Position numbers and translations under genes: made by a program
The notes under the pieces: model-generated
Databases searched by the model: none
What the model was told of the DNA's origin: nothing
What the model saw: only the letters and a program-made list of their open reading frames with translations
Assembly (NCBI GenBank): GCA_902630065.1
Contig: CACOTF010000001.1
Location: 133,854-197,853, forward strand
Origin: an uncultured Pelagibacteraceae bacterium
GTDB lineage: Bacteria; Pseudomonadota; Alphaproteobacteria; Pelagibacterales; Pelagibacteraceae
Length of the DNA: 64,000 bases
Reading direction: 5' to 3'
Part shown: positions 1 through 9,765 of the stretch, one piece after another
Layout of the letters: each line of letters begins with the position of its first letter
Numbering within the stretch: position 1 is the stretch's first letter

Positions 1-426
1 TGTTGCAATTTGATCTGAGTATCCTCTTTTTCTCATTTCAGGAATTCCCATAGTGCCAATTGCAGCACAGGTTGCGGGACTTGATCCACTTAGTGCAGCA
101 AAGATTGAACAAGCTCCTATATTAGAGATAACCAAACCTCCAGGTACCCTCCATAACCATCTGTCCAATCCTGTATATAAATCTTTTCCTGCAGGGGAAT
201 TAGCAACTGCCATCCCCATTAATATAAACATTGGTATTGAAAGTAGGACAAACGAATTTAATCCCGCATAGAAAGTTTCAGCAAAAACATCTAGCATTTG
301 GAAACCTTCGAAAGCAACTAAAAGAGCTATTGATACAAAACTTAAACCAAAAGCAATTGGTATTCCGGAAAATAATACTATCAAAGTAAAAACAGCAACA
401 ATTATTGCAATTATTAATGGATCCAT
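1..426 (-). CDS. dctM: TRAP transporter large permease DctM (3' end runs off the window)
   Basis: Hand translation from ATG at 426: MDPLIIAIIVAVFTLIVLFSGIPIAFGL...SIPMFILMG...FAALSGSSPATCAAIG, typical of DctM; start overlaps the dctQ stop. Confidence 0.9.
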   Translation of the reverse strand, partial: MDPLIIAIIVAVFTLIVLFSGIPIAFGLSFVSIALLVAFEGFQMLDVFAETFYAGLNSFVLLSIPMFILMGMAVANSPAGKDLYTGLDRWLWRVPGGLVISNIGACSIFAALSGSSPATCAAIGTMGIPEMRKRGYSDQIAT

Positions 427-920
427 TAGTTAGTATCCTTTTCGTCTGTAAGCTTAATAATTTCTGCTATATATTGTAAAATCATTAATGCAGCACCTAT
501 CATCATTGAAGAATATGGTATCCACAATGGAGGATCCCAAACCGTTCCTGTTGAGTAATTTTTAGTAAACGCTTCCTCAACCATTAAAAAACCAAAATAG
601 AATAAAATTAAGAAGAATAATAAACTGACTAATGAGGTAAAAATTTTAAGTCTTAATATATTTTTTTTTGATAAGAAATCATAGATCCACTCCATACTCA
701 CATGAGCTTTCTCACTTAAAACATATGCACTTCCAATAAATGTTGAAGCAACCAGAAGCATTGTAACTAGCTCAGTTTGCCATGTTATTGCTCTTTGAAA
801 AAAATATCTTTCAAAAACTAATTCTACAATTACAAGAATTGATAACAGTAAAGCTAGAACTGCAAAAGCTCCACAAGCTCTTGCAACATAATCACAGAAT
901 TTTAAGTATTTTTCTTTCAT
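426..920 (-). CDS. dctQ: TRAP transporter small permease DctQ
   Basis: 164 aa, four TM segments, RYFF..ITWQTEL and HVSME motifs; lies between dctP and dctM. Confidence 0.9.
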   Translation of the reverse strand: MKEKYLKFCDYVARACGAFAVLALLLSILVIVELVFERYFFQRAITWQTELVTMLLVASTFIGSAYVLSEKAHVSMEWIYDFLSKKNILRLKIFTSLVSLLFFLILFYFGFLMVEEAFTKNYSTGTVWDPPLWIPYSSMMIGAALMILQYIAEIIKLTDEKDTN

Positions 921-956
921 AAAAAAACCCCTACTTACAGAGAATAAATAGGGGTT
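921..956 (-). terminator. Intercistronic stem-loop with U tract between dctP and dctQ
   Basis: Minus strand AACCCCTATTTA-TTCTCTG-TAAGTAGGGGTT-TTTTT; 12 bp stem with one G-U pair. Confidence 0.7.
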
Positions 957-970
957 CTTTATATATTATT

Positions 971-1981
971 TTATTTAACTGCTAAAGCCATTTCCATTAG
1001 CTTATCGCCACCTGGAACTTTTTCAGCAAAAGCTTTGTGAGATGATTTTATTGCAATATCAACCCATGCAGCATGATCATCAGCATCCATATACACTAAT
1101 TTAACACCTGCAGCTTTGTATGCTTCCTCAAACTTTTTATCTAAGTTTTCTACTTGAGCTGTCATATATTTCTCAGCAACTTTACCTGCTTTCATTAAAG
1201 CCACTTGTTGGCTAGAATTTAAAGCATTGTAGCTTTTCTTAGACATTAAAATTGGCTCATACATAAACCATAAACCAAATTTTCCTGGAGGAGTTGCGCA
1301 TTTTACTTGTTCATAAATTTTGTAACTTACAAAACTTCCTGAACTAGTATTTGCACCTGTTAATACACCAGTTTGTAATCCAGTATAAATTTCAGATGAT
1401 GGCATACTTTGAATACCTGCACCAGCAGCTTCTAACATTTGGTTGAAAGCTTTTCCTGCTGCTCTCATCACTTGTCCTTTAGCATCACTTGGATTTTTGA
1501 TACATTTAGTTTTTGATGCAAAACCACCACCTAACCATGCATCAGATAGTACTACAACACCAGCATCACTGATTATTTTTTTAATCTCAGTCATCATTGG
1601 ACCTTTATTAAATCTCAATGCATGCTCATGATTTTTTACAGTTCCTGGCATTAATGTAGCATCAAACTCTGGATGGAATTTTGATGCATAAGCTAATGGA
1701 AAAGCAGAAATATCTAATTGACCTGTAGTCATAGGTTTCCACTGTTCTTTTGGCTTATAAAGTGACTTAGCTGGATAAATTCTAATTTCTAAATCAACGT
1801 TTGCTTTTTTAACTTCATCAGCAATAATTTGTACCATTTCATGACGTGGGTCAAAAGAGCCATCAGCTCTAGGTGTTCCTGGCCATTGGTGACTTGCTTT
1901 TAATGTAACTGCATATGCAGATCCTACTATTGAAAAAGCTATAATTATTGAAGACAAATATAATGTTATTTTTCTTAACAT
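971..1981 (-). CDS. dctP: TRAP transporter substrate-binding protein DctP
   Basis: Signal peptide; MPSSEIYTGLQTGV motif and conserved Arg in KGQVMR. Confidence 0.92.
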   Translation of the reverse strand: MLRKITLYLSSIIIAFSIVGSAYAVTLKASHQWPGTPRADGSFDPRHEMVQIIADEVKKANVDLEIRIYPAKSLYKPKEQWKPMTTGQLDISAFPLAYASKFHPEFDATLMPGTVKNHEHALRFNKGPMMTEIKKIISDAGVVVLSDAWLGGGFASKTKCIKNPSDAKGQVMRAAGKAFNQMLEAAGAGIQSMPSSEIYTGLQTGVLTGANTSSGSFVSYKIYEQVKCATPPGKFGLWFMYEPILMSKKSYNALNSSQQVALMKAGKVAEKYMTAQVENLDKKFEEAYKAAGVKLVYMDADDHAAWVDIAIKSSHKAFAEKVPGGDKLMEMALAVK

Positions 1982-2065
1982 AGTTTTCCCCTTTTATTTA
2001 TATTGAAGTTATTAAATTGAACTTGAGAGAAAGAGTCAATATAAGGAAATGTCATACTTAATATT

Positions 2066-3208
2066 ATGGATGGTCCTTTAAAAAATTTATTAGTTGTTGA
2101 TCTTACTAGGGTTTTAGTAGGTCCATATTGTACAATGATTTTATCTGATCTCGGTGCACGTGTAATTAAAGTAGAAGCACCAGAAATTGGTGACGATTCA
2201 AGAAAGTTTGGACCTTTTGTGAAAGACTATTCAGCATATTTCATGTCACTTAACAGAGGAAAAGAAAGTATTGCTCTTAATTTAAAAAATGAAGATGACA
2301 AAAAAATTTTTGATAAAATTTTAGCAAAAGCAGATATTTTAGTAGAAAATTTTAAACCAGGTACTTTAGAAAAATGGGGATATGGTTGGAAAGATGTAAG
2401 CAAAAAATATCCAAAGTTAATATATGCATCTGCATCTGGTTTTGGTCAAACTGGACCTTTAAAAGAATTACCAGCTTATGACATGGTCGTTCAGGGAATG
2501 GGTGGACTGATGAGTGTTACAGGTCATCAAAATAGTGAACCAACAAGAGTTGGAACATCAATTGGTGATATTACAGCAGGCCTTTTTACTGCAATTGGAA
2601 TTAATGCAGCTTTGTATGATAGACAAAAAACAGGTAAGGGAATGTTTATAGATGTTTCAATGTTAGACTGCCAAATTGCGATTTTAGAAAATGCAATTGC
2701 AAGATATTTATCTAAAAATGAAATTCCTAAACCAATGGGATCTAGACATCCTTCAATCGCTCCGTTTGAGGCATTTAAAACAAAAGATAGCTATATAATC
2801 ATTGCCGCAGGTAACGATAAATTATACGAAAAACTTTGTGAAGTATTAGGAATACCTGAAATGGTCAGTGATAAAAGATTTAATACCAATTCACTCAGAT
2901 GTGAAAATATGAATGAACTAAAATCAATTTTTGAAGATAAACTTTCTTCAAAAAATACTTCTGAATGGGTAAGTGAAATGGAAAAATTAAAGATACCTTG
3001 CGGACCAATATTTAATATTAAAGAAGCTGTAGAAAATCCTCAAGTAGAGGCGAGAAACATGATTGTTAAAGCTTATCATAAAGTGGTTGGTGATTTTAGA
3101 TTGGCAGGAAATCCCATAAAAATGTCTTCATACGAAGATAAAAGTACTAGAGGGGACATTCCTGATCTTGATGAACACAGAGAACAAATATTAAAAGAGT
3201 TTTCTTAA
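2066..3208 (+). CDS. Family III (CaiB/BaiF) CoA-transferase
   Basis: DLTRVLVGPYCTMILSDLGARVIKVE, NRGKES, ENFKPG and PAYD motifs. Confidence 0.92.
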   Translation: MDGPLKNLLVVDLTRVLVGPYCTMILSDLGARVIKVEAPEIGDDSRKFGPFVKDYSAYFMSLNRGKESIALNLKNEDDKKIFDKILAKADILVENFKPGTLEKWGYGWKDVSKKYPKLIYASASGFGQTGPLKELPAYDMVVQGMGGLMSVTGHQNSEPTRVGTSIGDITAGLFTAIGINAALYDRQKTGKGMFIDVSMLDCQIAILENAIARYLSKNEIPKPMGSRHPSIAPFEAFKTKDSYIIIAAGNDKLYEKLCEVLGIPEMVSDKRFNTNSLRCENMNELKSIFEDKLSSKNTSEWVSEMEKLKIPCGPIFNIKEAVENPQVEARNMIVKAYHKVVGDFRLAGNPIKMSSYEDKSTRGDIPDLDEHREQILKEFS

Positions 3209-3736
3209 TTAAGAATTATTTTCTTCGTCGCTTACGTTATCTGAAACTTGTTCTTCTGCTTCAGAAACTTGATCTAGTGAAACATCATCACTTTCTTCAG
3301 CTTCGCTTGGAGCTTCAACGTTAACATCTGGTTGAGCTGATGGTGATAGTTCAGCAAGATCTTCTTTTGAAACTTGAATTTTTTCAGGGATTTTTCTAGC
3401 TCTTTTAGAAGGAAGAATTGGTACACCACTTTTTGATATTTCACCTTTGTACAAATTCTCAAAATCATCACCAATATCTTCATCTTCTTCAGCAGTATCA
3501 TCAATTTGTTCTACATGTTTTCTTAGTTTGTAAACTGCAGCTTCTGTTAAATCTGGAACTTTAATTGTTTCTTCAGCTATTTCTCTCAAAGCAATAACTG
3601 TGTGTTTGTCGTTATCTCTATCTAATGTAGGTTCAATTCCTGAATTAAGTTGAGTAGCTCTTTCTTTAGCAACCAAAACTAATTCATAAGGGCTATCTAC
3701 TTTGTCTATACAGTCTTCAACGGTAACTCTTGCCAT
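3209..3736 (-). CDS. rpoZ: RNA polymerase omega subunit with long acidic C-terminal tail
   Basis: MARVTVEDC...YELVLVA..RA...[12 protein letters not shown] is the alphaproteobacterial RpoZ signature. Confidence 0.95.
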   Translation of the reverse strand: MARVTVEDCIDKVDSPYELVLVAKERATQLNSGIEPTLDRDNDKHTVIALREIAEETIKVPDLTEAAVYKLRKHVEQIDDTAEEDEDIGDDFENLYKGEISKSGVPILPSKRARKIPEKIQVSKEDLAELSPSAQPDVNVEAPSEAEESDDVSLDQVSEAEEQVSDNVSDEENNS

Positions 3737-3777
3737 GGGCGATTAAATATACTCCAAGATCAACAAAATCAAGTATT

Positions 3778-4986
3778 TTATACTAAAATTGGATTTAATT
3801 TTTTTCTTACTAAAAAAAGAAGAATTAAAGAAATAAGTATATAAAGTGCAGATATTATAGCAATTTTCTCAATTGAAAATCCGATATCAATTAAAATACC
3901 AAAAAGAGCAGTCCCGAAAGCTGTTGAAAAAACCATAAGTGCAGTGGTCAAAGCTTTAATGGATCCAATATACTTTACACCATAAACCTCAGCCCAAGTA
4001 GAAGATCCCAAAACGTTTGCCAAACCATTTGATATTCCAATTAAACCTAAAAATATAAATGCAGTAAATTGTGCATCAAAATAAATAATTACAAAAGTCG
4101 ATAGAAATAAAGGAATATTCATAAAAATTAAAAGTTTTCGACTTGTGAATTTATCAATTAAAAAACCAGATATTAAAAGAGTAATTACTGAAAATACTGA
4201 ATAAGACATAAAAGACTGAGCAATTACAAATGGTCCCCAGTTTTTTGATTCAGTAATAAATGACTGATAAACAAATACACCAGTTGCAATCCAAGGCATG
4301 GCTAGCATATTCATGCTTACTATATAAAATTTATAATCTTTTAATACTTCAATTCTTTTCCATTGCTTAATATTTTCCTCTTTAAATTCTTCACCTTCAG
4401 TGCTTTCTCTCGTATCAAGTTTAACAGTTCGAACTAGAAAGAATGATGCAATCGGTAAAAATATTAAAATTAATAAAGCAATTACTGTCCAAATATTTTG
4501 CCAAGTTGTTAATGACAACAAAAATACCATTAAAACAGGTAAAATAAATTCAGCACTAGATAAACCAAACCAACAAATACTTAATGCCCTGCCCCGTGAT
4601 TTTGTAAAATATCTTGAAACTGTTGTTGTTGCAGTATGAGACATCATTCCCTGTCCTGAAAACCTCATTAAGAAAATTGCAATGAATAAAAAAACTATTG
4701 ATGAAATTTTTGAAAAGAAAAAACAAGAAAAAGATAAAAGTAATGTTACATAGATTGCAAATCGGAAAATATTTATATCATCAATTTTCTTTCCAACCCA
4801 TATTAGTAGTAAACTACTGCACAATGTTGCAGATGCATATATTGAGCCAAATTGTCCATGAGTTATCGATAGTGTCTCTCTTATACTTGTATTGAATATT
4901 CCAAGAAAAAAACTCTGTCCAAAGCTTGAAAAAAATGTAAATATGAATCCAAATACAATTACTTTTAAACTTAAATTTTTAAACAT
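3778..4986 (-). CDS. MFS transporter
   Basis: 402 aa, about 12 TM segments, SSFGQSFF N-terminus, GKKIDD/GFLIDKF loops. Confidence 0.85.
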   Translation of the reverse strand: MFKNLSLKVIVFGFIFTFFSSFGQSFFLGIFNTSIRETLSITHGQFGSIYASATLCSSLLLIWVGKKIDDINIFRFAIYVTLLLSFSCFFFSKISSIVFLFIAIFLMRFSGQGMMSHTATTTVSRYFTKSRGRALSICWFGLSSAEFILPVLMVFLLSLTTWQNIWTVIALLILIFLPIASFFLVRTVKLDTRESTEGEEFKEENIKQWKRIEVLKDYKFYIVSMNMLAMPWIATGVFVYQSFITESKNWGPFVIAQSFMSYSVFSVITLLISGFLIDKFTSRKLLIFMNIPLFLSTFVIIYFDAQFTAFIFLGLIGISNGLANVLGSSTWAEVYGVKYIGSIKALTTALMVFSTAFGTALFGILIDIGFSIEKIAIISALYILISLILLFLVRKKLNPILV

Positions 4987-4994
4987 AAAAAAAT

Positions 4995-5870
4995 ATGACT
5001 TCTAAAGTTGCTTTCATAGGTCTTGGTGTAATGGGTTATCCAATGGCAGGATATATATCAAAAGCAGGACATAATGTAACTGTTTTTAACAGAACAAAAT
5101 CAAAAGCAGAAAAATGGATTGGTGAATACAAAGGTAATATAGCTGATACACCATCTGAAGCTGCTAAAGATGCTGATTTTATTTTTACGTGTGTTGGGAA
5201 TGACGATGATTTAAGACAAGTTTCTTTAGGTGATAATGGGTTATTTCATAATGCTAAAGAAGGAAGTGTATATATAGATAATTCAACAGTGTCTGCTGAA
5301 ATTTCTAGAGAACTTTATAAAGCTGCAAAAGATAAAGGATTTGGTTTTTTAGATGCTCCTATATCGGGAGGACAATCAGGCGCTGAAGGTGGGATATTAA
5401 CTGTCATGGTTGGTGGAGATGATAATGATTTTAAAAAAGCAGAGCCAATAATTGATTGTTATAGCAAAAAAGTAACTTTGATTGGACCATCAGGCAGTGG
5501 ACAATTAACTAAGATGGTTAATCAAATGTGTATTGGTGGTTTAGTTCAAGGTTTATCTGAAGCAGTAAATTTTGGAATTAATGCAGGTTTAGATATGGAT
5601 AAAGTTATGGAAACTATTTCAAAAGGTGCAGCTCAATCTTGGCAAATGGAAAATAGATATAAAACTATGGTAGCTGATAAATTTGATTACGGATTTGCTG
5701 TAGATTGGATGAGAAAAGATTTAAAAATTTGTATTGAAGAAGCAAAAAGAAATGGTTCACCTGTACCAGTTACTGAAATTGTTGATGGTTATTATGCAGA
5801 AGTTCAAAAAATGGGTGGAAACCGTTGGGATAGCTCAAGTTTAATAGCTAGATTAAAAAAGAAAAAATAA
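4995..5870 (+). CDS. NAD(P)-dependent 3-hydroxyisobutyrate/2-hydroxy-3-oxopropionate reductase family oxidoreductase
   Basis: FIGLGVMGYPMA, DAPISGG and KMVNQ motifs. Confidence 0.9.
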   Translation: MTSKVAFIGLGVMGYPMAGYISKAGHNVTVFNRTKSKAEKWIGEYKGNIADTPSEAAKDADFIFTCVGNDDDLRQVSLGDNGLFHNAKEGSVYIDNSTVSAEISRELYKAAKDKGFGFLDAPISGGQSGAEGGILTVMVGGDDNDFKKAEPIIDCYSKKVTLIGPSGSGQLTKMVNQMCIGGLVQGLSEAVNFGINAGLDMDKVMETISKGAAQSWQMENRYKTMVADKFDYGFAVDWMRKDLKICIEEAKRNGSPVPVTEIVDGYYAEVQKMGGNRWDSSSLIARLKKKK

Positions 5871-5872
5871 TT

Positions 5873-6478
5873 GTGTCTACCACTGTTCCCTACTACGAGG
5901 ATTTTTCCGAAATAAAAAAGAAAATTTGGTTAATGTTAACTGATGCAGTAACTAATAGATCGTCTCCCTTTAGAATACCTGTATTTTCATGTGGAAGTGA
6001 AAACAATATCGAAAGTAGAATTGTTGTTCTTAGAAAATCAGATGAACAAAATAATTTAGTGCAATTCCACAGTGATATTAGATCTGATAAAATTAAAGTT
6101 TTAGAAAAAAATCCTAATGCCTCGATGTTATTTTACGATAAAGATGAAAAAATTCAGGTTAGATTAAAAGTTGAAGCAATTATCAATCACAATAATGATA
6201 TAACAAAACAATCTTGGGAAAAAACTCAACATATAAGTCGTAAATGTTACTTAGTAGATAATGGACCAGGTACAGAGTCTGATACTCCAACATCTGGTTT
6301 AAAACCTGAATTAGATAATTTTGATTATACAAAAGAACAAAGTGAAGAAGGATATAAAAACTTTACTGTTATACAGTGTAAAATTAAAACTATAGAATGG
6401 TTATATTTAGCTGCAAAAGGTCATCGAAGAGCTAGATTTGACCTTGATAATAGTAAAGATACTTGGTTGGTACCATAA
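5873..6478 (+). CDS. Pyridoxamine 5'-phosphate oxidase-like FMN-binding protein
   Basis: RIVVLR, HSDIRSDK, QVRL, EWLYL...HRRA pattern. Confidence 0.8.
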   Translation: MSTTVPYYEDFSEIKKKIWLMLTDAVTNRSSPFRIPVFSCGSENNIESRIVVLRKSDEQNNLVQFHSDIRSDKIKVLEKNPNASMLFYDKDEKIQVRLKVEAIINHNNDITKQSWEKTQHISRKCYLVDNGPGTESDTPTSGLKPELDNFDYTKEQSEEGYKNFTVIQCKIKTIEWLYLAAKGHRRARFDLDNSKDTWLVP

Positions 6479-6873
6479 TGAAAAAATATGAAGCTATGGT
6501 TTTGTCATGTATGGATCCAAGGTTTCAGCCAAAAGTTTTTAATTATTTAAAAAAAAAAAAATTAACTGGAAAATATAGCTCATTTACTATTGCTGGATCA
6601 GCCATTGGTGTAACTTCTAAAAAATTTAAAAATTGGCAATCAACCTTTTTAGATAATTTATCAACTTCAATAAAGTTGCATAATATTAATAAATTAATAG
6701 TTATTAATCACGAAGATTGTGGTGCAGCTAAAATAGTGAATGGAAAGAAAGAATTTAATTCAACTATTGAAAAGAAAATTCACAAGGATTCTTTTAAAAA
6801 AATCAAATCAATTATGGATAGAAAGTTTCCAGAGTTAAAAATAAATTTTAAAATTTTGTCGCTAAAAGATTAA
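6478..6873 (+). CDS. Small beta-carbonic-anhydrase-like protein
   Basis: Zn-ligand motifs CMDPR and HEDCGA; ATG at 6478 overlaps the upstream stop (TAATG). Confidence 0.75.
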   Translation: MKKYEAMVLSCMDPRFQPKVFNYLKKKKLTGKYSSFTIAGSAIGVTSKKFKNWQSTFLDNLSTSIKLHNINKLIVINHEDCGAAKIVNGKKEFNSTIEKKIHKDSFKKIKSIMDRKFPELKINFKILSLKD

Positions 6874-6877
6874 TCTT

Positions 6878-7168
6878 TCAAAGTCCTTTAATTATTATAT
6901 TTGTTCCTTCAGCATTATCTAATCTTATTTGTTTTATTGGTTTATATTCTTCCGAATTATACCACTCTAGCGCTCTTTCATAACTTGGAAATTTTAAAAC
7001 TATTATTCTTGGAAATTTAGTTTCACCATCAAATATTTGATATTCACCATTTCTAACTAAAAACTCTCCATCAAATTTTTTTACAATTGGATTAACTTTT
7101 TCAATATACTCTTTATAATTTTCTGGATTGGTTACTTTTAATTGAGCAATTACATACCCTGCTGGCAT
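6878..7168 (-). CDS. DUF1330 family protein
   Basis: 96 aa; FPSYERALEWYNSEEY motif. Confidence 0.85.
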   Translation of the reverse strand: MPAGYVIAQLKVTNPENYKEYIEKVNPIVKKFDGEFLVRNGEYQIFDGETKFPRIIVLKFPSYERALEWYNSEEYKPIKQIRLDNAEGTNIIIKGL

Positions 7169-7169
7169 A

Positions 7170-7682
7170 TTAAAAAACAGTTTTTACGTACCTTTTCCAA
7201 TTATCTTGGTAATGTTTTGCGTTCTCAGTAATTTTACCTATCTCATCATCAGTAAGTTTTCTTACTACTCTTCCTGGTGCTCCAACTACTAATGAATTGT
7301 CTGGAATTTCTTTGTTTTCAGTTATTAATGCTTTTGCACCAATGATGCAGTTTTTACCTATCTTTGCATTATTTAAAATGACAGCTCCAATACCTATTAA
7401 ACTATTGTCTCCAATTGTACATCCATGAAGCATAACGATATGACCGATAGTTACGTCTTTACCAATTCTTAATGGGCAACCTGGGTCAGTATGTAAAACA
7501 CTTCCATCTTGAACATTTGAACCTTCTCCAACATGAATATTTTCATTATCCCCTCTAATTACAGCATTAAACCAAACACTAGAGTTTTTTTCTAATGTGA
7601 CATCTCCAATAATAGTTGCATTTGGTGCTACCCAATTTTCGCCAGAGTTTTTTGGTTTTTTATCTTCCAAATCGTAAAACAT
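7170..7682 (-). CDS. Gamma-carbonic anhydrase family hexapeptide-repeat protein
   Basis: RGD, NVQDGSVLH, IGH.VMLHGC and hexapeptide repeats. Confidence 0.92.
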   Translation of the reverse strand: MFYDLEDKKPKNSGENWVAPNATIIGDVTLEKNSSVWFNAVIRGDNENIHVGEGSNVQDGSVLHTDPGCPLRIGKDVTIGHIVMLHGCTIGDNSLIGIGAVILNNAKIGKNCIIGAKALITENKEIPDNSLVVGAPGRVVRKLTDDEIGKITENAKHYQDNWKRYVKTVF

Positions 7683-7702
7683 AATTTATATATTATTACA
7701 TT

Positions 7703-8257
7703 ATGCCTATTAAAACACCAGTATGTGATTTTGGAAAAAAAGCAGAAAACTTTGAATTAAAATCTACAGAGAACAAATTAATATCTTTAAATGATATTAA
7801 AGGTGAAAATGGAACTTTGGTAATGTTTATTTGTAATCATTGTCCATATGTAAAAGCAATTATTAGAGATGTAGTGGAGGACTGTACTAAGCTTAGTGAT
7901 TTAGGAATAAATTCAGTTGCAATATGTTCTAATGATCCAATTAATTATCCGGAAGATTCTTTTGAAAAAATGATAGAGTTTGCAATTAAACATAAGTTTA
8001 ATTTTCCATACCTAATTGATGAAACCCAAGAAATTGCAAGAAAATACGATGCTGTATGTACTCCAGATTTTTTTGGTTATGATAAAGATTTTGGTCTTCA
8101 ATATAGAGGAAGAATAAGAGAATTAAGAGAACTAAAGCCTGTGAGATCTGGAGATAGTGATTTATTTTTTGCTATGAAACAAGTATCTGAAACCGGTAAA
8201 GGTCCTGAAGAACAATTTCCTAGTATGGGTTGTGGTATTAAGTGGTCATCTAATTAA
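7703..8257 (+). CDS. Thioredoxin-like AhpC/TSA family protein
   Basis: FICNHCPYV, AVCTPDFF and SMGCGIKW motifs. Confidence 0.88.
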   Translation: MPIKTPVCDFGKKAENFELKSTENKLISLNDIKGENGTLVMFICNHCPYVKAIIRDVVEDCTKLSDLGINSVAICSNDPINYPEDSFEKMIEFAIKHKFNFPYLIDETQEIARKYDAVCTPDFFGYDKDFGLQYRGRIRELRELKPVRSGDSDLFFAMKQVSETGKGPEEQFPSMGCGIKWSSN

Positions 8258-9339
8258 TGTATTTAATAATAACTAGAACTTTTCCACCCGACGTTGGTGG
8301 CATGCAAAATCTGATGTGGGGATTGGCTAGATCGTTGTCTAAACTTGATTTAGTTAAGGTATTTGCTGATTATCATGAAGATCATAAAAAATTTGATGAT
8401 AAAGTTTCTTTCACTATTGAAAGAGTTAGTGGAGTAAAGCTTTTAAGAAAGTATAGAAAATCATTGTTGATTAAAGAATATTTAAGCAAAAATAAGAATG
8501 TCAATTGTATAATAGCTGATCACTGGAAAAGTTTGGAACTTATAAAGTCTCCAAAAAAGAAAATATGTTTAATTCATTCAAAAGAAATTAATCACCCAAA
8601 AGGATCTAGATTAAACAAAAAAGTTTTAGAAGTTTTAAATAATGTTGATCACGTGGTGGCAAACTCAAATTTTACAAAAAATTTAGCCATTAATCTTGGT
8701 GTTGAAGAAAAAAGACTAGTAGTGATTAATCCTGGGGTAGATCCAGTCGAAGAAATTCCAAAAGAGGATCTTAAACAAGCTGATGAAATGCTTAAAGGAA
8801 AAAAACAAAGACTAATTACAGTTTCTAGATTTGATAAAAGAAAAAATCATGAAAAAGTCATTATGGCAATCAGAAATCTAAAAGAAAAATATCCTGATAT
8901 TACTTATACATGTATTGGATATGGTGATGAAGAAGAGAATTTAAAAAAATTAGTTATAGAATTAAAACTTGATAATTATGTAGTATTTTTAAGTGATATT
9001 TCAAACGAACTAAAAAATGCGTTGGTTGCAAAATCTAATATTTTTATTATGCCTTCAATAATTCATAAATCTTCTGTCGAAGGTTTTGGTATTTCTTTTA
9101 TAGAAGCAGCTCAATACGGAATTCCATCAATTGGTGGAAAAGATGGTGGAGCTTCAGATGCTATTATTCATGATAAAACAGGATTAATATGTGATGGAAA
9201 TAATCTTGATGAGATTTATTCAAGTATAGATAATCTATTAGAAAAAAGTAGATACTTAAATTTAGGTAAAGAGGCCAAAATTCACTCTGAAAATTTTCTC
9301 TGGGACAAGATAATTGAAAGCTATAAGAGAATATTATAA
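8257..9339 (+). CDS. Glycosyltransferase family 4
   Basis: FPPDVGGM and EGFGISFIEA motifs. Confidence 0.9.
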   Translation: MYLIITRTFPPDVGGMQNLMWGLARSLSKLDLVKVFADYHEDHKKFDDKVSFTIERVSGVKLLRKYRKSLLIKEYLSKNKNVNCIIADHWKSLELIKSPKKKICLIHSKEINHPKGSRLNKKVLEVLNNVDHVVANSNFTKNLAINLGVEEKRLVVINPGVDPVEEIPKEDLKQADEMLKGKKQRLITVSRFDKRKNHEKVIMAIRNLKEKYPDITYTCIGYGDEEENLKKLVIELKLDNYVVFLSDISNELKNALVAKSNIFIMPSIIHKSSVEGFGISFIEAAQYGIPSIGGKDGGASDAIIHDKTGLICDGNNLDEIYSSIDNLLEKSRYLNLGKEAKIHSENFLWDKIIESYKRIL

Positions 9340-9348
9340 GATTTTTAA

Positions 9349-9765
9349 ATGATCGAAAAGTTTAACGGGATAATTTATCTAATTATTTTCGTACTACACT
9401 TTATTGTTTATGCGGTTTACGCATTTAGGACTGTGATTGGCACTAAATCATTTTTAGACAAATATAATATAGATCATTCAGCAGCTGTTATGGTTAGATT
9501 TTTTGGAGCACCTTTTATAGCCTCGGTATTAGTTGCTATATATATTATGTTTATTAAAAGCGATGGATTAACCGGAACCTGGGGTTTTTTCACATTAATT
9601 TTTGCTCAAAATATTTTTTATTTTTTTATAGGGGTTTATACAATTTATATAAATAAACTTGGCCATAACGAAAAAACTAATAGTGAAGGAGTTATAGCTT
9701 CTGGAATTTTAACGATATTAAGCGCGGCACTATGTTATGGTTTGGCTGATAAAATTTATGTTTAA
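9349..9765 (+). CDS. Hypothetical membrane protein (about 4 TM)
   Basis: 138 aa hydrophobic ORF, tightly packed. Confidence 0.7.
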   Translation: MIEKFNGIIYLIIFVLHFIVYAVYAFRTVIGTKSFLDKYNIDHSAAVMVRFFGAPFIASVLVAIYIMFIKSDGLTGTWGFFTLIFAQNIFYFFIGVYTIYINKLGHNEKTNSEGVIASGILTILSAALCYGLADKIYV

